64,000 bases of DNA, from positions 35,032,001 to 35,096,000 of the forward strand of contig CM052816.1 in the NCBI GenBank assembly GCA_028534125.1, read 5' to 3'. The DNA comes from Lama glama. Taxonomy: Eukaryota. Shown one piece after another: positions 13,127 to 24,670 of the stretch. Every line of letters starts with the position of its first letter. Positions within the stretch are counted from its first letter, which is position 1. The translations under genes and the position numbers were made by a program. Under the pieces are notes generated by a model. It was not told the origin of the DNA, did no database searches, and saw only the letters and a list, made by a program, of their open reading frames with translations.

Positions 13127-16100
13127 CTAGAGCAAGGATTCATGCATGTTTGTCTAACCCTTTCTATTATCCTCAGAAGTTCTAAGTTAAAACCCTGTAC
13201 AATTGTAGATAACTTTATATGCAATGAGATTTGATATTAACTTATCAAAAATGAGGAAGATAGTTCCATTCACAGAATATCACTTTAATACAGTTTACTT
13301 CTGTATCCAAACATCTCTAGTATTGCACAATCCAAAAATGACAGAAGAAAAATTAATAACTGATAGCTACTAGGAACCTTGAAAGAAATGAGTGATATTA
13401 AACTCAGTCCTGGGTATGCCATGCTCACCATCTGTATTCATGGTAAGTTACAAAAGACTTGCCTTATGGAATCAACCCCATGGCAAGTCCTCGTATCTTC
13501 AAGGGAGGAACATCAATGCAGTGCGCAGGGAAATGAACACCCATCACTGCCTACAAACTGCTCACTGTGTGCACAAAGACTTTCATTTCTAAGAATGTCC
13601 TTCAGCATGAACCATCATTACCACATGTAAGGGCAATACTGTCTTAGAAATGCCACTCTTATGACTCTGATTATATATTTTTCTCTCTTGATTTCTTGTT
13701 TCATCTGTTATCTATTTCCCATGGTTTTTCTCTTGCATATTAAATAATTTGGCATAACATGTTGAGTATATTATGCTTTTTGGAATAAATTAGGGAAATT
13801 TCCTTTTTTCCTACCAAATATCATCATCCAAGAGTATTTATAAAAATCAAGTATATTTTGTGCTGCAAAAATTTAAGATTCCTTAACAATTTAATCTACA
13901 TTTGATTCTTTAATGCATGCCTTACTCAGGTGTACTATATATCCCTGGCACTTTGCCACCAATGGGAATATGGCCTTAAGGTGAATAAAATACAGTTTCA
14001 TCCCGCAAGAGAGTCACAATTTTTGCTGTACATGTGTTTATAAAGCAACAATATTTGAACAACTTCAGAAGAACAGTAACTCCAACAGAGGAGCTTCAAA
14101 TGAAAAATTTAAGTACATCTCTGTTACTCCAACAACAAGTAAAAAGAGATTTCCTTTAACATACAGTTTGAAAGCAGCAGTTCTCATACCTTTTCATCCT
14201 GTAATATAAAAAGGTCCCTGAAATATCCTGTTACCCTTGTTTCTTAAAAAGTTTTAAAAAATGAAAAAAAGATAAATGAAATTCACACCTTTCCTGGATC
14301 CCTTCCTCCTGCGTAAGTGAGGACTCCTGACAGATCCAAGTCGTAGGTACACAGGCAGCAGATCCAAGAGCAGATCAAGCTCAGGCAGGGGGAAACCACC
14401 CACCCTTTCAACAGCGATGTAACAAGCCCCCTCACGTTACTAACTCTGCACTGTTAACAGTGCTCCTGGAAGATAAGCATTGTATCCCGGTGTCACCAGG
14501 CTGCTTTTAGATTCAGCAGTGATGAAAATCTACCCTTATCTCTTCTCAAAACTGAGGGGATTCTAGACCATGACCGTATTTTCTTGCATTGGGAAAGACA
14601 GTTGGACAGGCAGAGAGATCAGGAAAGACAGGCAGATGAATCAAGAGGGTGCAGACATCTGTGAAAATGTGAAAGGCTTCATGCTATGGCGAGGAGGCAG
14701 TATCTCTCACGTGTCAGATCAGAAAACTGGCTGTCTACGCTCCCCAGCAGGGTGCAAACAGCATTGTGAAGAACAGGCAGAACACGCACTGCTGAAAACT
14801 GCAGTGGCTCTTCTGCATTAGACATTCCGTTCAAGCAACACTCCAAAATTTCATAAAATGGTTGCAATTCAGCACTAATAGGGGATTGATAAAGATGATG
14901 AGGGAGAAGCTAATTCCTCTCTTGCATATAAAGGAAAGAAAACTAACAAACACATTAGGTAAAACTTTTTCAATGTTTTTGTGTTTTTCTTCTACATAAA
15001 TAAAGCCTTGAAAATGGAAATAGGAAAATAAGAGAAAAGGTATACACAGAGCGATCTCTTTCAGTACCTGGTCTGGAGCCGCAGCCCAGGAAAAGCCCAG
15101 CACTGGCCGCCAATAGTAAATTCTACCTCCGACCACAATAGCTGACACTGTTGTCCTTTGCAGCAGCTACACAGAGACCACATTCTAAACACAGAATAGT
15201 GATCACCACCTGCTTTACCCCAGTCAAACCTTTTTAACTGGCAACTTTAACCTATTTATTTCTTCATCCATCTTTGTTTTCTTTCATCTTCTAATATGCC
15301 TTGGTGAGCAACGCCCTCATCGTCTATACCTGGACAGTAATTTAACACTGTTTAATGTGAATTGCCATTTAGTTTGCTCAAAGGCTTTCCTATCTCTTAA
15401 TTTAAGCTTAGAGCCACTGATTGTGAAGGAGGCATTGTTAATCCTCTCTTGACAGAGGGGAGAAAATCCGGATATAATATACTTTTTTAGAAAGATGATT
15501 ATTTTTGTCATGAACTTTATTTTTTTAAATCATAGAAAAACTAGGGAAATGTCTTATTTTAGGTAAACTAACATACATGCCTTGAGATGTGGAAAAAACA
15601 GTAAGAGACACTTTCATTGTTGCCATTGTTAAAGCCCAGTCACTGGAGAATAGCACAAATCTGTATTCCGAGCTCACAGATTTCATTGCTATCTTATTTC
15701 AGATGTTACAAAATGAGGTCTACTGGCCAGACAGCAAGACCTCCAAGAAGCAAGATCAGTTACTTTCCTGGTTTTCTTCCCAGAGAAGAAAACTTTCCAA
15801 AGGAAACAGGTTTCTTTCTATATGGTGCTTTTATAAATTTCTTTTTTCAACTGGTAATTTATTTGCACAGAATTAGGAACATTTCTGAGTACAATGAAAA
15901 TACATTTTCCTCTTTCATTTTTTACTTGTCATTGTTATTTGTGGGGCTACAAAGTTATCAAGGCTGAAATATTTTTTTTTAATTTTAAAGGAAGCAGGTA
16001 AGAATAAGAGTGAATTCTTAAGTAAGCAAATAAGTAAACCTTATTTTAGAGTTATTTTAGTGTCAAACTAGGTTAACAGTACTAGAAATGACAAATATTG

Positions 16101-16329
16101 GATACTACCAACAAAAAAGTAATATTTAAATTGCCTTCTCATTTAAAAAAATCTAGAGGCAAAATAAGCTGATAGTTTTTAAAATATTTATATGTAGAGT
16201 TAAAAATCAAATCTATTCTTCCTTGCTCTTTTCTTATCCTCAAATATTTTTCATTGATTCCTGATTAATTCAGAGTTTCACTGATTCACTTATACATTTA
16301 TGTATTCATTTTGCTTTCATCACTTCCAC

Positions 16330-17030
16330 ACTGTTATCTCCACATCAGACTTTTCCCTTGAGTTCTAGGTCTAAATACTCACCTACCTATTCAATAGCTT
16401 CACAGATATCTCATAGGCACTTCAGATTCAACATGCCTCAGAATAAATTTCACCCACAATTTCTTCCCCCAAAAACCCAAAACCAAACAAGCCAAAAAAC
16501 CATGCTCCTCTTCAGTATTTCCTGAGTATAACAACCCATGATCTAGCTGCACAAGTTAGAAGCATGGAAGGTGTCTTGGTAATGACTTCCCTGAAAGCTT
16601 CCCTTCCCTGTCTCTACTCTTCCCTCCAGCCAGCATAACCTGCATGAAACATAAATCTGATCTCTGCTAAGCAAAACCCTATAGTGGCTTCCATTCCTCT
16701 CAGGGTTAGCAGCAACTCCTGCTCCGGGCCCACCTCACAGGGTCTGGTCCCTGCCACCTCTCTGGTTGCATCTGAAGTCGGTATTTAACCTAGCCATAAT
16801 ATGACTGTCTTTCACTGTCCTGGAAGCCCATTCTCCTTCCCACCTCCAAGCCACTCTCTTTCCCTGTTGAGCGTTTCCTCTCCTCTCTTCCATCTTTCCT
16901 TGGTTACCTCTTAACTTTCAGTTCAAGAGTCACTTCTTCAGAGATGCCTTCCATGGCCTCATCATGGGGTCATATCCCACTTCTGAACAGTTTCTTGTAT
17001 GAATGACATATGGTTAAGTCCTGCCTTGGG
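16330..17030 (+). mobile_element. L2 LINE fragment
   Basis: cttgagttctagg...ctcataggcacttcagattcaacatg...aaatctgatc...aaaaccctatagtggcttccatt...gtcacttcttcagagatgccttcc. Confidence 0.7.
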
Positions 17031-18929
17031 TTTTAAAAGATCTCAAACAGCAAATACAATTATTTTAATTTTATTTCTTCATTAATTTATGTAAGTAAAT
17101 AGAAGCCTAACTTTAAAGAGGCATAATGGGAATTTTAAGAATGAAGGGAGACATATTACTCACTGGGAATTAAAGCTTCTGAAGTGGTAAGGAACTAAGT
17201 ACCCCGGCACTGTTCTAGCCATCCATTCACATTCTCTCGTTATTCACGTGATGAATGGACAGAGGGCAGGTGAGGGAGAAAGGCTAAATGAAGTATGTGC
17301 CTACCAAGCACTTTAATGCATAATAACACATCTGATGTTTACTGCCAATTATTTCAAAGTACATGTTAAAAATTAATACTTTTCAGCATGTTATAAATTA
17401 CTGCCACTTTCTTAAGCCCTGATCACTGCCTGTAATTGAACAAGGTCAATATAACAAGTAACTACTGTTAGATGAAAAATGGATTGAAACACAGTAGTAT
17501 TCACCTTCTGTGACTCTTGGAGGATGACAGTATTCTGAGAACAGAACTGATATTGTCTCACTAAAACTCTGCAATGATCACATTCATATGATTCAAAAAA
17601 TGCTCTAAGCATCCTAAAACCTTCATTTTAACTTGTGACAGAAAAGGAGTTTTGGTCTGTTTGTATACTGCATACTGGTCTGCATTAGACATAATTACCT
17701 CTTCATTTATGCTACATAAAGAAATGAACCAGTGAAAAATGAAAATACACAATTAATATTTAAGGGTGAAGCAATTTAGGATTACTTTCCTAGTAGTCAT
17801 CTAATGGCATCCAACTAGAACTCTGGATAGCAGATAAGAGATCTATTTCATTTACTCATTAATTTATCCATTTACTCATTCATTCATACATCAGATATTT
17901 ATCACATCCTTACTATAAAAAGTACTCAATGAAAAACGTTCACAGAAAATGTGCACTATTTCCTTCCCCCCAAAAGCAAATCAAACTGTGCACTAAAAAT
18001 GTTCAGCATTAAAAGGTCAAATGGAGAACACAAAAGCATCAAGTGGTTTCTTTTCCATAATAAAAATACCTATATATTTATAATTAAGTGTACCAGACCA
18101 CTAACTACTGTTTCTAAGCTATTTTATAAAAATTTAATGTTTATCAAAATAGAAGTCATTTTATCTCACAGTCCAAATCCTTACATTAGAAGAAAATGGC
18201 CTTTTGAGTATTAAACAAAACAGCAAGTGAATGACATCGTCTCTTATGTGGCACTTTAGTTCTACAGATCACATTCTCCGAGAATCAGACATGAATCACT
18301 GGCATTATTAACCAGCAAAAACATTACCGAGTTATTAGGTTAGGTAAATAATAATTTTCATCTACAAATCATAAAACCAGAGATCCTGGGGAAAAATATG
18401 GCCCTGTATAAATTATGCATAATAATTTTACTTATGCATAATTTGGCATGCATTATTTTACTTATCTCTTTAAATCAGTGGGTCTGTGACCTAGGATACT
18501 ATTTGCAAGGTAGCCTTCTTAAAGATCTATAACTTATTTGGAAAACATGTCTAATTTAAGTGCAAAAACCTGCAGATAAGATCTTGAGGTCACTTGCTTG
18601 TATTTTCTTCCATTACAAGAATGACGGCATTAGTGAGGGAAAGCCTGACTGCCAGGGGGAGGGGCACTCGGTCCGCTCTTGGATTTGTCACCAGCATTAG
18701 CATGTTTTTTGGCATTTAGGAGGCTACAAGTAAAAAGAAAGCTACATGTTATGCTTTTGGCTCATTACAGTTTGAAGGAGTCATGTTAGAATTATTAGAA
18801 TTCCGGAAAATATAAAACATTGGAGAGTATCTTAGAGCTACCTGAATTTACGAGGAAAACAATACCAGAAGACTGTTGAAAGTCTCTGAAAATGTGAAGT
18901 CATCTTTCACTCTTTTTGCTTACGTAGGA

Positions 18930-19572
18930 GCTCTAACATAGCAGCAAATCCTGATGGCCCTATCTGCAACATACAACCAGAACTGGCCACTTCTCGTGGT
19001 CTCCATCACTACCATCCTGGTCCAGCTCCCATAATCTCTCATTTCCATCACTGCAATAGCTCTTTACCTGCTCATCTTGTTTCTGCACTTCCTCCTTGCC
19101 AGTATATTTTTTAAAGAATTCCAACTACTCGAAAACCTGGGGCAGATCAAGTCTGTCCTCAAGGGCCCCCATCTCGTGCAGACTAAAAGCAAAGTGACTT
19201 ACAAAATCTTCCTGATCTGGCCATCCAATAACCATCTAACCTCATTTCCTGTCTCCCCTGTTGGCCTTCTTTGGACACATCTGGCATGAACCTATCTCGG
19301 TACCTGCCACATCCACAGCTAGGAAGGTTCTTTTCACTGATATACACAGTGCTCACTCCCTTATCTCTTTTGGGTCTCCTCTCACACCCTTTATAAAACA
19401 GTGCCTGCCGCCACCTTCTCATTCCGTTTTATCCTATATTATGCCTCTCTATAACATTTACCACTATGTGGAATATTTAATATTAACTTGCTTACTACTT
19501 TTAAAATGCATTTATTACCTGCTTTCTGTCATTTCTATAAGCTTTTAAGGGCAGAGTTTGTTGATTCACCAC
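18930..19572 (+). mobile_element. L2 (L2a-like) fragment, cut off by an ERV LTR
   Basis: ccagaactggccacttctc...atcactaccatcctggtccagc...actgcaatagc...taagggcagagtttg..gattcaccac. Confidence 0.75.
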
Positions 19573-20079
19573 TGAAGGGGAGCAGAATTTGCTACTTCAA
19601 AATATGCCTCTTAGGGTTAGGAATTGGTTTGAGCTGATTATTTGAGCAGACACAGGAGAAGCTCTGAAAACTAACCCTTTAGTAAGAGACATTTATACTT
19701 ATAAGGGAGATCTCCATTTGTAAGGATGTCTCCCTCTCAGTACCAGGAAGAGGGGAACGACTACATCTCTAGCAACTCTAATCAATGGAGGAGATACTGG
19801 ACCGATCTGCATAACAACCTTACCCTTGTTCACTGTGCTTTTCCTAGTAACCTCCTGTAACTGGCCTCCCACTACCCCAATACCAGTTTTTAGCTGAAGA
19901 TATTTAAGGTAGTGGCTTGGGTCATTTGGGGGAGTTACTCTGTTTTCCGGGGTATCTCCCATGTATACTGGAGGTATACTTGCAATTAAACTTCTGTTTT
20001 TCTCCTATTAATCTGTCTTTCATTACAGGAGGGTCTCAGCCGAGAGAACCTAGAAGGGTAGAGGGAAAGTCTGTATGTA
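19573..20079 (+). mobile_element. Solo LTR, ERV1 MER34/MER39-like
   Basis: Starts tgaaggggagcagaatttgctacttcaaaatatgcctct. Carries attaaacttctgtttttctcctattaatctgtcttt...agaagggtagagg near its end. Candidate 4-bp TSD ccac at 19569-19572 and 20080-20083. Confidence 0.8.
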
Positions 20080-20209
20080 CCACTGCCATACATATACTTA
20101 AACACACATACATGCATATGTAGATATAAGTAAAATAAATACCAGGTTATGATAAGGACTGATAAAAAAAATAAAGCAGGGTAAAGGTTATAGGAAATGT
20201 CAAGGTGGA

Positions 20210-20310
20210 GGCGGGTGTCCAATGTCACACAGTTTGGCGTGTAGCAGAGCCAGGATTCAAATACAGAGCATTCCAATGCCACATCTGTGATCTTAACCAC
20301 TAAGCTGAAG
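20210..20310 (-). mobile_element. MIR 5' fragment
   Basis: gtccaatgtcacacag...gcagagccaggattcaaat...tgatcttaaccacta. Confidence 0.65.
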
Positions 20311-21129
20311 AGGTTAAACGGGTCTGCAAATGCTAGCCTTCCAGGCTACTGTAGTTGGCAAATGCAGAGGGAGACAGTCTGACTGGCATTGAGACACCTG
20401 AAAAGGGAAATATGGGAACGTAAAGGGCTTCTCATTGTGCTTCTGTATTTTATAAAATAAAAATAATATTTTAAGATAATAACTGGGAAAAAAAACCCCT
20501 AGCGATTCTCAAAATTAGTGAGGTGAGTCAATACCTAGTAAATGGCTCAGGTTTGATTTCTCTAGTTCCATTTGCTGGTGGCTCTGATCCTGCCCTGGTC
20601 ACCAGAGAGCAGGAAACAATTTGCAAGCAAGAAGGGTAAGCCTGCCTGTGTGTCATCCATCTTCTCATGGAGTCCTCAGAGGCCAGAATTTCCCTTTGAC
20701 CAAGACTAATTAGAAAAAGCTAGCTACGCAAGCATAACTCAGGTTTACTTGGGAACCGGAATTTAACAATCGGTTACCCAACTGCATGGTTCTGGGCTTG
20801 ATCTCCCGCCTATTGTATGGATGTGGTGTGAGCTGGGATTTAAGGAGATTGCATGGACCACCTGCTGTAAAAAGTCAGCCAGCCCTACCACATGCAACTG
20901 TATGGTAATGAATCACCCCAGGAAAACATGGAGGTAAGACCTGTAAAAGATTCTCTCATCCCTACAATGAGGCTTTCTCTAAATCAGCATTTATTAAATG
21001 GTTTTAAGATGTACTTTGTAAGAGAGATGTCCACATGGTTGATCATATTTACAAAAGTGGAGACATATCTAACACATAGTTTAAAATTTTGCTTAGTTTC
21101 ATAGGTTTTGTCATTCACTCAATCTAGGC

Positions 21130-21290
21130 TGAGATCTTCCCTTTACCAGCTCTATGGCATTGGACAAGTTACTTACTTTGGTGGCTCAATTTTTTCTACT
21201 GTAAAACAGAGACACCATCGTTATAGAAATATGAGGACTAAATAAGATAATTAATATACTTTCCAAATAGGAAGTACTCAGTGAATGCGT
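21130..21290 (+). mobile_element. MIR fragment
   Basis: ttaccagctctatggcattggacaagttactta...ctcaatttttctactgtaaaacagag...atgaggactaaataagataa. Confidence 0.65.
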
Positions 21291-21294
21291 GATG

Positions 21295-21862
21295 GCCATC
21301 TTAGAGGGAGCCTGCTTAGTACATGTCCCATCCTCTGAGAATTATCCCCTCACACACAGAAATCAGCTCCTGCAAACCTATGTAACAGTGATCCTGCCTA
21401 CTCTTCCCTGTCTGGTCATGTTATTGATTAAAGGAAGGGCAGACACCTAATGTAAGCTGGGCCAATCAATTCTTTCTGCCAAGAATTTGATATTAGATCT
21501 CTAAGACTAATTAATTATCTGCAGATGTGAGGCCAGGAAGGTTATGTTGACTCAAATATCACTTGAGAGACCTTTGCAAATGGGGCAGAGGAATGTAGTC
21601 TTCAGAGCCAGAGGGAAATGAAGCAGCAACATAACAAGAAGAAATAATGGAAGAGCAAGAGAGCACTGAGGGTAAAGAAAAACAGATGCTGCCTTGGTTC
21701 CTGACTGCTTTGTGGTTCCTAATTCCAACAGCTCCCAAAGCTGGCTGAACTTGCTGTCTTTTGAGTTCTGTGAGATAACTCTATGTTCTTATAAATTTCC
21801 TATTGCTTAAGGTCGCTTAAGCAATTTCTGTTCTTTGTAATCAAATAGTCCCTAAGAGAAAA
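21295..21862 (+). mobile_element. ERVL LTR (LTR33/LTR16-like)
   Basis: gctgggccaatcaattctttctgccaagaatttga, and a 3' end ttgcttaagg...tttctgttctttgtaatcaaatagtccctaa. Confidence 0.65.
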
Positions 21863-23037
21863 TGGTAACCTAACCATTTGTATTTGTTTAATATAAAGAT
21901 CACTTTTGACATTCTGAACCAGAAATGCACTTAACATAGTTATTTGAATAAAAGTCAGAAATAATAGAGAATGACGTACAGGCCAGATTTCCTATCATTT
22001 CTACGTAACAGGCAAGGCAGTAACTGAACCATGAAATAGCTGTCAGGTACTCCTGCTTCCTCCTTTCCCTGCTTCTCAGTCTCAAGCATGTTCATTTTAT
22101 TTACTAGACCGAGCTGAGTTCCTGAACAGTATCCTATACATGCTGCACCTTTCCCACCAGTAACCGTAAAGCAAAGCTTTTCTGTTCTCTGACCACTTAC
22201 TCCAAATCCCTCATTTTTGTTTTCTAAGAAAACAGCTAGATATTCTGGTATTTTAACTCGAGCCAACATGTTCACTGATTCCAGTATGAGAAGGATTCCT
22301 TTTTCATTCTTGGAAACAGACATGTGACTTTAGGTAAAAATCACTTAATTAAAGTGAGTGAAATGAGAGATGGGAAGTTCTGACTGTGAATAAAGTAGCA
22401 GGATAAATAATTTTTAGAAAGGTTGTTCTTGTGATATCTTTTGGAGGATGATCACACTGCATATGCAAATACTAAATTGCACTAGGGAAACAAAAAACGT
22501 TAAACTAGAGAAGGACCAAATATTTTTGACACATTTAAAATTATTGAGCAGTTCTCTCTGTACTGTAGCAAAATTGGTTTAGAAGCGAAAAATAAAATAC
22601 AGCTTAATATATTCAAAATTGTAATCAAATGTTGGAACAAGAAAATCAGTCATAAATGCTTAGTCAACTCACTGAGATTATCGCATTTCTATGCTAATCC
22701 TGTGTTTTTAATTAACAGATAAAGCGGAAGGAGGTATCTAAACAATAGTGTATAAAAAATGAAAAAAATAAATTTTCAAGCTTTAATTAAATGGGGAAGC
22801 AATAACAAAATACTGCTGCATTTCAGCAACTGTTCATTAAAAAAACAACAAAAAACACACCTTGGTATATCTTTCTAAAATTCATTTTGTAGGCTTCAGC
22901 ATCCTCTTCTGTTTTTCACTCATGATCACGTAGAGTCCAGACGCTGATTACAGTTCTCACACCAAATGCTATCTGACTTTCTGCCCTGAATCTCCTAATT
23001 GGTCAGAACATGTATTTCTTATGGAAAGCAGTCCAGA

Positions 23038-23380
23038 CCAGTGTAGTGATTCAGAGTTGGGGCTCTCGAACCAGAGTTCTGGGATCCACATCCTGGACTG
23101 GCCACTTTGTTTTCACATGATCTTGGGCAAGATACCTCCCTGATCATGCATTTCCTCATGTTAAAACAGGCATAGCAATAGTACCTCCAGTTGTTTTGAG
23201 GATTCATTCATGCACTTCTAAGTGCCAGGTACTGTTCCAGGCTTTTGGGATCCAACAGTGAACAATACAGGTAAAATTATTGCCTTTGTGGAGCTTACAT
23301 TCTCAGATGTTGCATCTAAAGCACTTAATTAGCATAGTGCTTGGTACTCAGTAAGTAATAAATGTCAGCTGTTAGGATTA
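23038..23380 (+). mobile_element. MIR split by an antisense L2 3' fragment (~23202-23304)
   Basis: The MIR runs to ttgttttgaggatt. An L2 tail follows (attcattca...gtgccaggtactgttccagg...ggagcttacattct). The MIR then resumes (gatgttgcatctaaagcactta...gcatagtgcttggtactcagtaagt). Confidence 0.75.
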
Positions 23381-24379
23381 CTAACACTCGAAGGAGACAG
23401 AATAGAACACTGGCATTGGAATGACTGGGAATGTGTTAGAATGAAGTCCACACATCTAAGACCACTGTTAGGTAGTGTAGGCAGTAGTCCCGCCATAAAT
23501 TCTCTATATGACCTTCACTTAATCTCTCTGGACCTTAATTACTTCTTCTGTAAAGTGATCTTAAGTTCCCTTCCATTAAATATATGGCTCAACATGAGAC
23601 AAAGAAAATATGAAGGGTTCAAAACATTAAAAAAAACTTTACCTATTTTAGTTTTATCCCACCATTTAAATAATATGAACATTCACTGAACACAAGGAAA
23701 CTTTCTCAGTACACTCAAAGCTTTGGAAGAACTCAGATGCTAGGTAATCAGTTGCATTTAAAAAGTAAAGAAAAACTCTAAAGAATCACTGGAAAAAATG
23801 TAAATGATTGATTTCATCCCAAATCTTTGGCTTTATAAAATGAAATCATGAAAAACAAAAATAAGATAGAAGTGGCATCTTCCATTTATCTTAAAAAGTA
23901 CATATGCCTAAGACTTATCAGAAATCACTGGATGAAACAATCTTCTAGAACCTATTTTAGTGAAAGTAATATTGTTCCTTTCTGGGTGCTCTTAGCTTTC
24001 CTAAATTAGTTTTTCCATTGAAACATAAAAATAATCGATCCCATGCCTACACCTTTTCACAAGACTATACATTTTTCAGAGTTTTGTAAATTTTGTTCAA
24101 ATTATTTTTCTTTCCCAGTTAAAAACCATATCATTTTAACTGTCTTAAAAGTACCTGAATGTATGGCTAGATATTCCTGAAGTTTAGCCAAACTAAATGG
24201 TATACACGGCTCTTGGTAAGAATAACCTTGTACATCTGGCTCAGCCCGATGTCCCTTGGACTTCCCATTTTGATAATATTGAACTCTTTGTCACTCTGTG
24301 ATTAAGTTGTGCTTTCTCAGGAAAAACACTGTAACTTTGCTTTCAACTTTCCTTCAGCCACAATATTCTTTCTCTGTCT

Positions 24380-24670
24380 ATTCAACAACACACTCATTCA
24401 TCAAGTCTCAAACAGTATCCTCTGTAAAACTTTCTCTGATTACTCACCACCATAGCTCTCATACTGATAAGTCACATTAGACCCTCTTGATATTACTCCC
24501 ATGGTATTTTGTACATATTATCACTTAAATTGATTATCTCTTTGCATTGTTATTTTTCTGTTACACCCATCTGAAGGCAGGGACCATACTTTTCATGTTG
24601 CTATCACCTTGGTGCAGAATAGGCTACTCTCTGTGTTTGTTAAGTACTGGAAATATTTTTCTCAATAGAG
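24380..24670 (+). mobile_element. L2 fragment
   Basis: cactcattcatcaagtctcaa...tcctctgtaaaactttctctgat...tgaaggcagggaccat. Confidence 0.55.

Noticed and set aside
14448..14463. Perfect 16-bp palindrome gcactgttaacagtgc
   Set aside because: About one such palindrome is expected by chance in 64 kb (64000/4^8), and nothing else supports it.
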